From: Mobula hypostoma | Lineage: Eukaryota | Assembly (NCBI RefSeq): GCF_963921235.1 | Contig: NC_086107.1 | Location: forward strand, 112,284,001-112,348,000 | DNA length: 64,000 bases | Reading direction: 5' to 3' | Shown: one piece after another, positions 25,740-38,650 of the stretch | Numbering within the stretch: the first letter of the stretch is position 1 | Layout of the letters: each line of letters begins with the position of its first letter | Notes under the pieces: model-generated | Databases searched by the model: none | The model's input: only the letters and a program-made list of their open reading frames with translations | What the model was told of the DNA's origin: nothing | Program-made: the position numbers and the translations under genes

Positions 25740-26650
25740 AGGAGGGAGAAAGGGAAGGGAATTAGAGGGAGGAGAGAGGATTAGGGAATGTGACTGGGGG
25801 AGAGAGAGGGATGGAGAATGTGCACGAGGGAGGGGGAGGGGAGTGAGAAAGAGTGAGTGTGAAAGAGAGGAAGAGACAGAGAATATGAATGAGGGAGAGA
25901 GTGTGTGAATAAGAGAAAGGAGGGAGAGAAACAGGAATGAGATAGAGAGGAGAGAAAGGATAGAATATGTGAAAGAGAAAAGGGGAGACAGAGAAATGGA
26001 TAAAAGAGCATGTGTATGAGAAAGAGGCAAGAGAAAAAGAGTGTAGCAGAATAAGTGAGAGTGCAAAGAAAAATAAGAAATATGAATGAGATGGAGAGAG
26101 AAGAGAGACACACAGGTGGTGCATGTGAACTCGATTTCAAAGTTTAAGAGAAATTTGGATAGGTGCATGGATGGTAGGGGTATGGAGAGCAGGTTGTTGT
26201 GAATCAGCAGTTTAAATGGTTCAGCACGGACTAGATGGGCTGAAGGGCCTGTTTCTGTGCTGTAGTTTTCTATGGCTCATCCATGACAACATGAATGAGA
26301 GGACAAGGAAAGAAACAGTGACGCTGATTGAGATGGAGGGAATAACTGAATGGGGGAGAGAGACAGAGTGTGACTGAGTGAGGGTAGAGAGAAAATGCAA
26401 AAGAGAGCAGGGTACAGAGTATGAATGAAAGCAGAAAGACAGACAGGAGGTACAAGAAAGAGAAGAAAGACGTTAAATGCGAGGGCAGTGAGGAGAAGAT
26501 AGGAAATGTGAATAAGGAAAAAACGTCAGAGTGGATGAATGAAGGAGAAAGGAGAGGAGAGTCTGAATGAAGGAGGGAGAATGGGTGAGAGAGGGGGAAA
26601 AGACAGTGAATGAATAAGTGAAAGCTGTGAATGAGAGGTGTGAATAAAGA
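25740..26650. repeat. GA-rich low-complexity tract with a CR1 3' fragment inserted (about 26115-26280)
   Basis: Purine bias; shares short motifs with 16970-17820. Confidence 0.8.
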
Positions 26651-27637
26651 GAAAGCTGGTTTGTCTGCTGGTTTTTTCACTGACACACAGTTTAACCCCT
26701 CTGCGCAGAGCAGCATCCCTCGTCTCAGGTAATAGATGGCTTGCCTTGTTTCACTTGGCTGCGGTATTTATCCTGACTCATCCACGGGGAGCCTGGGCTG
26801 TGATGGGGATGAGGGTTCGGGTCAGTACACACAACAACAGCAATAAAAGCCAACTCATTTCCTTTGTGCATGGGGGGAAGGGACTGGCACTGCAGTCCTA
26901 ATTCTTCTGCAGTGTAAATAGAAATGATTCAACTAAACTATCCCCTCGAACAGAATCAGATTCAGAATCAGACTCAAGTTTAAAATCGCTGGCGTATGTC
27001 GTGAAATTAGCATTTTGCAGCAGCAGCACAGAGCAATACTTAAAGATTTACTGTGGCTACGAAAAGAATTATATAAATTATAAACACTAGAGGGTCTGCA
27101 GATGCGGGAAATCCAGAGCAACGCACACAAAATGCTGGAGGAACTCGGCAGGCCAGGCAGCATCTATGGAAAAGAGTTAACAGTCGATGTTTGGGGCTGA
27201 GACTTTCTATCAGGACTCACAAATTATGAACAAGTAGTTCAAAAAGAGGGCAAAATAGTGATGTACTGTTTATGGGTTCGATGTCCATTCAGAAATCCGA
27301 TGGTGGAGGGGAAGAAGCTGTTCCTTAAAATGTTGAGTGTGGGTCTTTGGGCTCCAGTACCTCCTCGCTGAAGGTAGCAATGAGAAGAGGACATGTCCTG
27401 AGTGATGGGGGGGGGGGTCCTTACTGATGGATAATGCCTTTTTGAGACATTGCCTCTTGAAGGTGTCCCTGATGGGGTGGGGGGGAGGGAAGGCTAGTGC
27501 TCGTGATGGAACTGGCTGAGTTTACAACTTTCTGATGCTTTCTTCCCGATCCTGTGCAGTGGCCCCTCCGTACCAGGTGGTGATGCAACCAGTTAGAAAG
27601 CTCCCAACGTTATGTCTGTATATAGTAAATGAATATA

Positions 27638-28182
27638 TTCTCAGTGGCCACTTTGTTAGGTACACCTACTCATTATTGCAAATACCAATCATGTGGCAGC
27701 AAGTCAATGCATAAAAGCATGCAGGCATGGTCAAGAGGTTCACTTGTTGTTCAGACCAAACATTAGTATGGGGAAGAAATGTGATCTAAGTTACTTCGAC
27801 TGTGGAATGATTGTTGGTGCCAGATGGGGTGGTTTGAGTATCTCAGAAACTGCTTATCTCATGCGAGATACACTCACAACAGTTTCTAGAGTTTACAAAT
27901 AATGGTTTGAAAAACATCCGGTGAGGGGCAATTCTGTGGGCAAAAGTGCCTTGTTAATGGGAGAGGTCAGAGGAGAATGGCCAGACTGGTTCAAGCTGAC
28001 AGGAAGGTGACAGTAACTCAAATAACGACACATTATAATATTAGTGTGCAGAAGAGCATCTTTGAACACACAACCCATCAAACCTTGAAGTGGATGTGCT
28101 ACTGCAGAAGAAGACAATGAACATACACTCAGTGGCTACTTTATTGAGTACAGGAGGTACCGAATAAAGAGGCCACTGAGTG
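27638..28182 (+). mobile_element. Tc1-like non-autonomous element (transposase N-terminal HTH remnant)
   Basis: TIR CTCAGTGGCCACTTT[A/G]TTAGGTACACC; MGKKCDLSYFDCGMIVGARWGGLSISETA; right end is a TIR-TIR palindrome. Confidence 0.85.
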
Positions 28183-28320
28183 TCTTAGGCAGTAAATCCT
28201 CCACTTCAGAGGACAAGCGAGGTTAATCCAAGTTTCACATTTCATTATAGATCCTTTCCCAATGAACACTGGACACAAAGCTTTATTCTAAACTTTTCCT
28301 GGAAGTGTTTGTTAGGACAG

Positions 28321-28646
28321 TGTCAGGAAATATAGAAGGGATTTGACCCAAAAACAAAGCAGCAGAGACAATTTAGTAGTAAACAATATTTTACTAACAA
28401 ACTGCAAAATGTTATGCCAGCAGGAGCCACAAAACAAGAGAGAACAGATACTTAACAGCACAAGGCAACAAGGTAACTGAAGGCTAGGAACAACTGATTG
28501 AGGCTGGCTGGTTCAATGGGTGAACAAAAGACTATTGGTGAGAGCTGAGTTTAAATAGGCTGCAGGTGACGAATTGGAAATGAGTGGGAGGTGGCTCCTG
28601 TTAGCTGAGTGGACACCGGGAGGAACCTGCCTGTGGTGGTCTGACA
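28321..28646. mobile_element. Solo LTR
   Basis: TGTCA...TGACA termini with perfect 5-bp TSD GACAG (28316-28320 / 28647-28651). Confidence 0.8.
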
Positions 28647-28664
28647 GACAGTGCAAAGGGAGTT

Positions 28665-29305
28665 TCAAGATTCAAGATTCAAAGATTCAAAAAACTTTAT
28701 TGTCATTCTAACCATACATCAGCTCATCAGGGCAGAATGAGACAGCGTTTCCCAGGAGCAGTGCAATCATAACATAACAAACGCAACACTAAATAATAAA
28801 CATAACAACAAATAGTAAAACACAACAGCCACATGTCAGTTAAAATCAAGTTAAAAGTGTCCAAAGCAGAGTCAGGTAGAGCAGCTATTTAGCAGTCTGA
28901 CTGCCTGTGGGAGGAAGCTGTTTAGTAGCCTTGTGGTTTTAGTTTTGATGCTCCTGTAACGTCTGCCTGATGGCAGAAGAACAAACAGTTCATGGAGAGC
29001 GTGTGAGGGGTCTTTAATGATGTACTGTGTCTTCTGGAGGTATCCAAGAGGTCTTGGACAGAAGGTAGGGAGACCCCAATAACCTTCTCTGCTCCCCTAA
29101 CCACCCTCTGCAAGGCTTTTTTGTCGACAGCACTGCAGCTGGAGTACCAGGTTGTGATGCAAAAAGTCAGCACACTCTCAACCACGCCTCTGTAGAACGT
29201 AGTTAAGATGTTAGTGGGGAGTGATGCTTGTTTAAGCTTCCTCAGAAAGTGCAATCTCTGCTGGGCCCATTTCACAATCCCAGTGGTGTTCCTGGACCAG
29301 TTCCA
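28665..29305 (-). mobile_element. Rex1/Babar LINE 3' fragment
   Basis: AQQRLHFLRKLKQASLPTNILTTFYRGVVESVLTFCITTWY; (TTGAATC)n tail. Confidence 0.9.
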
Positions 29306-29979
29306 TCCCATATCCACTTTGCTTTGGTTTTAAAACAAACCTTCTCCAAAGTAAGATGGTCCATCATGAAATTGTGTTCGTGCAATGTCAATACTACTGA
29401 TGATCATTGCAACTCGCAGCCCCAATCAGTTCCTAGGCAATCATAAATCGTCAACGGTCTGACTGTCACCCTGGTGAGGCACTGGGTCTACGGCCTCATG
29501 CACACAATTCTACAGATGTCAGCAGGTATCACTGGGCTGGGAAATGATGGTCAGAACATTTAGAGCAGAGGTTCCCAATCTTTTTTATGCCATGGACCAA
29601 CAGCGTTATGCAAGGGGTCCATGGACCCCATGTTGGGAATTGTTGGTTTAGTGGAAGCTTATAAAAATAAAAGATATATATAAAAATATAAAGGGTAGCT
29701 TTATTTGTCACTTGTACATCAAAACATAGTACAGTAATCTGCGTCGTTGGCATCAAATAAAATCGGTGAGGATTGTGCTGAGCAGCCCACAGGTGTCACC
29801 ACGCTTCCATGCTGACTGATGAAGAACCGCGGCCCAAAACACCGTGGGTTAGTTTACCTCCATAGACGCTGCCTGGCTTGCTGAGCTCCTCCAGCATTTT
29901 GTGTGCATTGCTCAACGTTTTCAGCATCTGTAGAATCTCTTGTGTTTAATATATTGGCTTTCATTTGCCTGCATGTCAA

Positions 29980-30520
29980 ACAGCATGGAAACAGGCCCTT
30001 CAGCCCAAATGGTCCATACTAACCCAGATTCCCATCTAAGATAGTACCACTTGCCTATACTTGGCCTATGATCATCTAACCCTTCCTATCCAATGTCTCA
30101 TTAAAGTACCTTTTAAATGTTGGTTACATACCAGCCTCTGCCACTTCTTTTGACAGCTCACTCCATATATTGACTATACTCTGCCCCTTGGGTTTTTATT
30201 AAATCTTTCCACTTTCATCTTTAACCTTTGCCCTCAAGTTTTTGATTCCCCATCTCTGGGAAAAAGACTGTGTGCATTCACCCTATAATTTAGGGGTGAT
30301 TTTATACACCCCTATGAGTCCACCCCTCATTTTACGATGCTCCAGTGAAAACAGTCCCAGCCTGCTCAGTCTCTCTCCATAACTCAGTCCCACGAACCCC
30401 TTCAACATCCTTGTAAATCTCCTCTGCACCCTTTCCAGATTTATGGCATCTTTTCTATAGCAGAAGGACCAAAACTGAACACAATATTCCAAAAGCAACC
30501 TCACCAACATCTTGTACAAT
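29980..30520 (-). mobile_element. CR1-type LINE 3' fragment
   Basis: YKMLVRLLLEYCVQFWSFCYRKDAINLERVQRRFTRML. Confidence 0.85.
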
Positions 30521-31289
30521 GGAAGCAGGTTTGTTAATTACCAAAACCTGGGCTGTGTTACACCAATATTTATTGGGGTCAGCACTGAATTATATACATG
30601 TATAAACTAGCTTTATCTTCTCCATACCATCATGGTATTGATATCTGAAGAAGGTCTCGGCCCAAAACATTGAAAGTTTATTCATTTCCATAGATGAGGT
30701 CTGACCTGCTGACTTCCTCCAGTATTTTGGTGCTTTGCTATGATATCTATTGTCTGTGCACTCAAGATTACAATCAAGTTCCTAACACAGCATCATGGTG
30801 TTTGCACGAAGGTCAATGTTCGATTTCGACAATGCAATTTCTTTTTGATTGAATCCACTAAAAAACAATTCATTGGTGGGTCTGAATCCTGGAGATCTCT
30901 GCTTGCCAAATTTGCACGGCCCTTCTCACAAGGAGAACTTAGAGATAGGCAATAAATGCGGCTCTCACCAGTGATAAGGTTTTGATTTATTAAGGTCACA
31001 TTTCTTTTTGTGCACCATCCAAACGGGTTTCATAATTGCACTGAGGGTAGTAAAAGGAAATTGGAATGCAGAATATAATGTTGGAGTTACAAAGGAAGTG
31101 TGGTGCAGTTAGACTAATAAAATGCAAGGACCGTGACGAGCTACACTGGGAGATCAAGAGTTCTTTTTTTAATGATAGCTCCCTTCAAGAGTCTGATAAC
31201 AGCAGGATTGAAACTGTCCTTCAGTCTGATGGTACGTGCTCTCAAGCTTCCCATTCTTCTACCCGATGGAGCAGGAGAAGGGAAAGGCC

Positions 31290-32730
31290 CTTCAGAGATG
31301 CTTGGCACTCTGCCCTACTCCCTCTACACCCATGACTGTGTGGCTCAGCACAGTTCAAATGCCACCTACAAATCTGCTGATGATGCAACTACCGTTGGCA
31401 GAATTTCAGATGGTAGCGAGAGGGCGTACAGGAGCGAGAAGGATCAGCTGGTTGAGTGGTGTCGCAGCAAAAACCTTGCGTTCAATGTCAGTGAGACCAA
31501 AGAACCGAATGTGGACTTCAGACACACAGCAATTCTCATAGAGGGATCAGAAGTGGAGAGAGTGAGCAATCTCAAGTTGCTGGGTGACAATATCTCTGAG
31601 GGTCTATCCTGGTCCCAACATAACGATGCAGCTGCAAAGAAGATATGACGGCGGACATATTTCATTAGGAGTTTGAGGAGATTTGGTCTGTCACCAGAGA
31701 CACTTGCAAATTTCTACAGATGTACCTTGGAGAGCATTTTGACTGGCTGCATCGCCATCTGGTATGAGGTTGGGGGGGGTGGTGGCTACTGCACAGGATC
31801 TAAATAATCTGCAGAGAGTTGTAAACTTAGACTGCTCCATGGATACTATGGAGGCCACTAGAGTGATGCCTCAAAAAGGCAGCATCTATCATTAAGGACC
31901 CCCATCACCCATTTGTGCCTTGTTCTCATTGCTACCATCAGGAAGGAGATACAGGAGCCTGAAGGCTCACACTCAATGATTCATGAACAGCCCTCTGCCA
32001 ATGTGATTTCTGAATTGACATTGAACCCATGAACACTACCTAGTCATAGTCATACTTTATTGATCCCGGGAGAAATTGGTTTTCGTTACAGTTGCAGCAT
32101 AAATAATTAAATAGTAATAAAACCATAAATAGTTAAATAGTAATATGTAAATTATGCCAGTAAATTATGAAATAAGTCCAGGACCAGCCTATTGGCTCAG
32201 GGTGTCTGACCCTCCAAGGGAGGAGTTGTAAAGTTTGATGGCCACAGGCAGGAATGACTTCCTATGACGCTCTGTGTTGCATCTCGGTGGAATGAGTCTC
32301 TGGCTGAATGTACTCCTGTGCCCAACCAGTACATTATGTAGTGGAGGGGAGACATTGTCCAAGATGGCATGCAACTTGGACATCATCCTCGTTTCAGACA
32401 CCACAGTCAGAGAGTCCAGTTCCATCCCCACAACATCACTGGCCTTACGAATGAGTTTGTTGGTTCTGTTGGTGTCTGCTACCCTCAGCCTGCTGCCCCA
32501 GCACACAACAGCAAACATGATAGCACTGGCCACCACAGACTCGTAGGTACCTCACTACCTTTTTATTTTTATTTTTGCACTAGTTATTTAATTTAACTGT
32601 TTAATATATGTATACCTATTGTAATTCACATTTTTTCTATCATTATGTATTGCCTTGTACTGCTGCTGCAAAGACAACAAAGTTCACAACATACTGTAAG
32701 CCAGTGATATTAAACCTGATTCAGATTCAG
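31290..32730 (+). mobile_element. Rex1/Babar LINE (RT to 3' end, decayed), with a nested younger Rex copy
   Basis: LYSLYTHDCVAQHSSNATYKSADDATTVG...LVEWCRSKNLAFNVSETKE; 3' UTR resumes after 32547. Confidence 0.85.
32041..32546 (-). mobile_element. Young Rex1/Babar 3' fragment nested in an older Rex
   Basis: VASAIMFAVVCWGSRL...RCNTERHRKSFLPVAIKLYNSS; (ATGACT)n tail; near-identical to 35467-35829. Confidence 0.9.
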
Positions 32731-34929
32731 TCTATTACACCCTGCTTGTTTGACCATCTTGTTGTGTGCGGTCTTTTCACTGATTCTAATGTGTGCTTTG
32801 TATTTACTCTGAATGCCCACAAGAAAATGAATCTCACTGTTGTACAGTATATGGTGACACAAATGTACTTTTATAATAAATTTACTTCGAACTTTGCATT
32901 TTGAGTTATTACCCTTCAACCGTCAGCCTCCTGAACCAGCATGGACAACTTGTTTCATCACAAACTTTGAACTGAATACCCCCAGCAAAGAAGAGAGAAA
33001 GTTGTCAAAGGATTTTGGGTAAAATATCCCTAATATTGACTGACTGATTTTTACAGAGAGATTCGCCCCTGAACTAGTCCTGTCACAACGCTGGTAAATC
33101 AATTCGGGAAGCCAAGTTTTGTCTGGCTGGCAGATAACATTAATAAGACACTGCTTTAGGAATGGGTGTTTCTCAAAACTGACACTAATGTCATGTAGAC
33201 GAAAGGCTGCATCACCGTCTGGTACGGAGGGGCCACTGCACAGGATCAGAAAAAGATGCAGAAAGTTTAAACTCAGCCAGCTCCACCATGGGCATTGAGG
33301 ACAGGTTCAAAGTTCAAAGTTTTTTAAAACGTTCACAGTATGTATACATTGAGATTCATCTCCTCACAGGCAGACGCAAAACAAGAGGCCATTGAAAAAG
33401 ACCATCAAACACCCAATGTGCAGAGAAAGAAAAAGAACAAATCGTGCAAACATTAAAAGTAAGCAAATAGCATTCAGAACTGAAGTTTTACGAAAGCCAC
33501 GAAGCCAGGCATCACTGCAGCCGGAGCAGACCACAGCTTCAGTTCAGTGCAGAGCCGAGTAAACGTCGCAAGACCACAGCCAGAGCATTACCTTCAAAGG
33601 GCAATGCCTCAGAAAGGTGGAATCCATCATTAAGGACTCCCATCACTCAGGAGGTACAGGAGCCTGAAAACACACACTCAATGTTTCAGGAACAGCTTCT
33701 TCCCCTCCGCCATCAGATTTCTGAATGGTCCATGAATGTATGAACACTACCTCGGTAAATTTTTTCACCTGTCATTGTGTATTACTTACTTAATTTAATT
33801 ATATATATTGTAATTGTAATTTATAGTTGTATTGTTATGAATTACACTGCACTGCTGTGCAAAGACAACAAATTTCACGACAAATGCTGGTGATATTAAA
33901 CCTGATTCTGATTCAGATCCTGTTAGTCTCCCCTTACGCTGCAGTTCTAAGTCTGATCCTCCCCACCGACCTGAGAAGGTTTTGAGCCTACACTGAGTGA
34001 CTAAAATAGAAAGAGCAACGTTCCCCAATCGATCCTGATCGGGAATGTGCTGTCTGAAACAACCGTGGAAACTAATTTGTTTTACAGGGAACTGCATGAA
34101 TGTTGAAGGGAACAACAACTGCGGCTCTCTGGGGAGGGAGTAGAGAGGTGTTCGAAGTAAATATTTGATCAAAGACATATATGTCACCATATGCTACCCA
34201 AAGAATCAATTCCATGTGAGCATTCACAGTAAATCAAGATTCAAGTTTGTTTAATGTCAAATAATTGTTACCTCTGGTTCCATTGCAGCACAAGAAAAAA
34301 AGATTTTTAAAACACAATAACAACAATAATAATTGTAGATTAAAGCATCGAGGAAGATTGAAATCATCATGGCGGTCGCGCAAGCAAACAAGTGTTCAGC
34401 ATCATCTACCAGCCTCGCGCCCACTGCTACCAAAGGAAGTCCTTGCATTTGAATGATCTCTCTCTCTCCCCCTTGATGCAAACTTATTGTTGCTTCTGAT
34501 CTGAGGCAGCACATAAAAACTACAAACAATAAAAACGATAATAATAAAAAAAACACCATAAATATAAACACATAAGATAGGTTACCTACATACACTGATT
34601 GTACGTCCATTAAGTGACACTGGGCTGTACATAAGGTGACTGACGGGAAATAATAAAGTAGTGGTGGAGTTAGTGGGTGGAGGTGTTGATCAGCCTTACT
34701 GCTTGGGGAAAGGAACTGTTTTTGAATCTGGTGGTCCTGGCGTGGATGCTATATCAAGCCAAGTCAAGTTTATTATCATTTAATTACGTACATGTATTCC
34801 GCCAAATGAGACCAGGGTGTAAGCAGTATTGCACAGACCACACTATAACTTAGGAAAATAAGAATTAAATCTACAAATGAAATACGCATAGATAAACAAA
34901 ATAAAGTGCATAAATTAAATACTGTACAG

Positions 34930-35457
34930 TTTTAGTCACCAAATTACAGGAAGGATATTAATAAGGTTGAAAGAGTGCAGAGAAGGTTTACAAGGATGTT
35001 GCTGGGACTTGAGAAACTCAGTTACAGAGAAAGGTTGAATAGGTTAGGACTTTATTCCCTGGAGCGTAGAAGAATGAGGGGAGATTTGATAGAGGTATAT
35101 AAAATTATGATGGGTATAGATAGAGTGAATGCAAGCAGGATTTTTCCACTGAGGCAAGGGGAGAGAAAAAACAGAGGACGTGGGTTAAGGGTGAAGGGGG
35201 AAAAATTTAAAGGGAACATTAGGGGGGGCTTCTTCACACAGAGAGTGGTGGGAGTGTGGAATGAGCTGCCAGATGAAGTGGTAAATGCGAACTCACTTTT
35301 AACATTTAAGAAAAACTTGGACAGGTTCATGGATGGGAGGTGTATGGAAGGATATGGTCCAGGTGCAGGTCAGTGGGATTAGGCAGAAAAATGGTTCAGC
35401 ACAGCCAAGAAGGGCCAAAAAGTCTGTTTCTGTGCTGTGATGTTCTATGGTTCTATG
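34930..35457 (+). mobile_element. CR1-type LINE 3' fragment
   Basis: Open frame VQRRFTRMLLGLEKLSYRERLNRLGLYSLERRRMRGDLIEVYKIM...GYGPGAGQWD. Confidence 0.92.
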
Positions 35458-35466
35458 TAGCCGGCT

Positions 35467-36020
35467 CATAGTCATAGTCATACTTTATTGATCCCGGGGG
35501 AAATTGGTTTTCGTTACAGTTGCACCATAAATAATAAATAGTAATAAAACCATAAATAGTTAAATAGTAATATGTAAATTATGCCAGGAAATAAGTCCAG
35601 GACCAGCCTATTGGCTCAGGGTGTCTGACCCTCCAAGGGAGGAGTTGTAAAGTTTGATGGCCACAGGCAGGAATGACTTCCTATGACGCTCTGTGCTGCA
35701 TCTCGGAGGAATGAGTCTCTGGCTGAATGTACTCCTGTGCCCACCCAGTACATTATGTAGTGGATGGGAGACATTGTCCAAGATGGCATGCAACTTGGAC
35801 AGCATCCTCTTTTCAGACACCACCGTCAGGCTCCCTGATGGGAGTGGGACAAGCAATCCATGAGCAGGGTGTGTGGGATCCTTCATGATATTGCTGGACT
35901 TTTTCCAGCATCCTTCTGTATTTATGTCCTTGATGGCTGTTAGGCCAGTGCCGGTGGTGCACTGGGCAGCTTTGACTTCCCGTTGTAGAGCCTTCCTGTC
36001 CGCCACAGTGTGGTTTCTGT
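35467..36020 (-). mobile_element. Two abutting Rex1/Babar fragments of different families
   Basis: KDPTHPAHGLLVPLPSG (family 1) joined at about 35829 to SLTVVSEKRMLSKLHAILDN (family 2). Confidence 0.8.
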
Positions 36021-36175
36021 ACCGTGGAGCCAGGCAGAGGAACACAATAGAAGTGGTGAAAATTCAATGGGTCGTTGAAAAACCACAGACAACAGAGACA
36101 GGAAAGCAACCAAAGTGCAAAAGGCAACAACACACTGTGCAAGTACAAAGAAAGAAAAGAAATAATAATTAATAA

Positions 36176-36415
36176 ATACTACTACTACTACGTCGACTAA
36201 GGCCTAGGGGGCCGGCGTCGGGCACGATGACGGACTCTCCACTTCTCCCTCTCCCTCATCAGTGTGTTCAGTTCATCTACATTAGCCGCGCCGCTGTCTT
36301 CTAGGAGCTCGTTGACCATAGTCTTGGGAGGGCGCCCGGGGTTCATCCTCCCGTGCTTGGGCTCCCATATGATGACTAGGCTGGCAGGTAGCTCGGGGTG
36401 GCGTAGGCAGTGCAA
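36176..36415 (-). mobile_element. RTE-clade LINE, 5'-truncated 3' end
   Basis: HCLRHPELPASLVIIWEPKHGRMNPGRPPKT...MREREKWR; (GTA)n tail; CpGs retained, suggesting a young copy. Confidence 0.8.
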
Positions 36416-37154
36416 TATATATCAAGAACTTTGAGTTGCAGAGTCCTTGAAAGTGAGTCTATAGGTTGTGGAATCAGTTCTGCGTTGAGATGAGTGAGTG
36501 AAGTTATCCATGCTGGCTCAGGAGCCTGATGGTTGAGGGGTGGTGATGATGATGATGAGGGGTAATAACTGTTCCTAAATCTGGTGGTGTGAGACCTGAG
36601 GTTCGGGTATCTTCTTCCTGATGCAGCAACAAGAAGAGATCATGGCCTGGGTGGTGGGGGTCCCTGATGACGGATGCTGCTTTCCTGCCACAGTGCTCCC
36701 TATTGATGTGCTCAGTGGTGGGGAGGGCTTTACCGGTGAGGGACTGGGCCATATCCACTACTTTTTGTAGGCTTTTTGAAGACCAACTAGAGAACCTTTC
36801 AATTAGTTGACAGTGACAGTGATAGTGGTACAATTTACTGCAATCTGAGTAATTCTAAAATAGCTCCCAATGATGAATAGAAAACAGTCATTTCATTTCA
36901 TTTAAACATTGAATTTCTATTGTATTTTCCATTTTCAGTGCAGAATCATTAAGAAGTAAAGCCCTGTGGAGATCTGAACTTGCAGGCTATGATAGATGCT
37001 GTGATTTCTGGTGCCTTTTCAAGGATTTGAGGGCCTTTTCTATTCCCAGAGAGCTAATAGGGTCACTTAGCACTACAACACAGAGACTGACCCACAGGCC
37101 AGTGTCGAACTGTATTTCTACCAAGTCCCATCCAGCTCGCAACTGGGGCCATAG

Positions 37155-37350
37155 CCTTCCATACCCCTCTCATCCGTGTACCTATCTAAACTTCCACACC
37201 TCTCACTTCCACACCTCTCCCATCCGTGTACCTATCCAAACTTCCACACCCCTCTCATCCGTGTACCTATCCAAACTTCCACACCCCTCTCATCCGTGTA
37301 CCTGTCCAAACTTCCACACCCCTCTCATCCGTGTACCTATCAAAACTTCT
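37155..37350. repeat. 35-bp tandem repeat (~5 copies) inside a minus-strand CR1 3' end
   Basis: Unit TTCCACACCCCTCTCATCCGTGTACCTATCCAAAC. Confidence 0.9.
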
Positions 37351-37869
37351 CTTACCTGTTGAAATCGAACCTGCATCCACCACTTCTACTGCAGCTCATT
37401 CCATACTCGCACCATCCTCTGAGTGAAGACATTCCCTGTGAACATTTCATCTTTCACCCTTAACCCACGACCTCTATTTCTCATCTCACCCCCAACCTCA
37501 GTGGAAAAGGCCTGCTTGTATTTGCCCTATCTATGCCCCCATATTGCCACAGGATTAGTCTCTGCTTGAAACAATGGCCATGAGCAGTAGGCCGATGAAG
37601 ATCAAGGCAGCCCCTTGAACAATGTGGCCCACCTAGTGTTCCTCTATGACTGAGGACCTAGCCCTCCGAGGACATCCTTCGTCTTCCCCGTGTGCTATGC
37701 TCCTGATAGTGTTACAGTCCCCGACGCTGCAGAGCTCCACAGTACTGCTCACACAATACCGAAGCATGTCTCTGCACTGTTGCTGCAACAATGCAGCAAT
37801 GTCTCCCAACGTTTGCAGAACTCTCCTCTGTAGTGCCAGACTGTGCTGTCCTGGGGCACCTGTGTGCGG

Positions 37870-38650
37870 CATAGGACAGGATTGGGCCATTTGGCCCGTC
37901 TAGTCATCCCACCATTCCATCATGGCTGACTTACTATCCCTCTCAACCCCATTCTCCTGCCTTCTCCCCATAACTTTTAATGCCCTGACAAACCTTGAAC
38001 CTATCAACCTCTGCTCTAAGTACACCCAATGATTTGGCCTCCACAGCCATCTGCGGCAATGAATTGCACAGATACACCACCTTCTGGCTGAAGAAATTCC
38101 TCCTCATCTCTGTACTCTGAGCCTTGAAATTCTGAGGCTGTGCCCTCTGGTCCTTGACCCCACCCCCCACTATAGAGAACAACCTCTCCCACATCTACTC
38201 TATCTAGCCCTTTCAATATTTGATAGGTTGCAATCAGATTCCCCCCTCATTCTTCTAAACTCCAGCAATCAGAGGCCCAGAACCATTAAAACGGTCCTCG
38301 TACATTAACCCTTTCACTCCCAGGATCATTCTCATGAATCTGCTCTGGACCCACACAAACCCCCCCCCCCCCACCCCCAATGCCTGCACATCTTTTCTTG
38401 GATAAGGGGCCCAAAACTTCTCACAATACTCCGTGTGGTCTGACCAATGCTTTATAAAGCCCTAGCATCACATCCTTGCTTTTATATGCTAGTCCTCTTG
38501 AAATGAATTCTAACATTGAATTTGCCTTCCTTACCACCAACTCAACCTGCAAATTAACCTTTAGGGAATCCTGCACAAAGACTCCCAAGTCCCTTTCCAC
38601 TTCAGATTTTGGAACTCATCCCCTGTTTAGAAAATAGTCTACATTTTTAT
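37870..38650 (-). mobile_element. CR1-type LINE 3' fragment (decayed)
   Basis: KGLDRVDV...EMRRNFFSQKVVYLCNSLPQMAVEAKSL. Confidence 0.85.

Noticed and set aside
37540..37880. Cys-rich ORFs on both strands
   Set aside because: No recognisable domain or convincing splice sites
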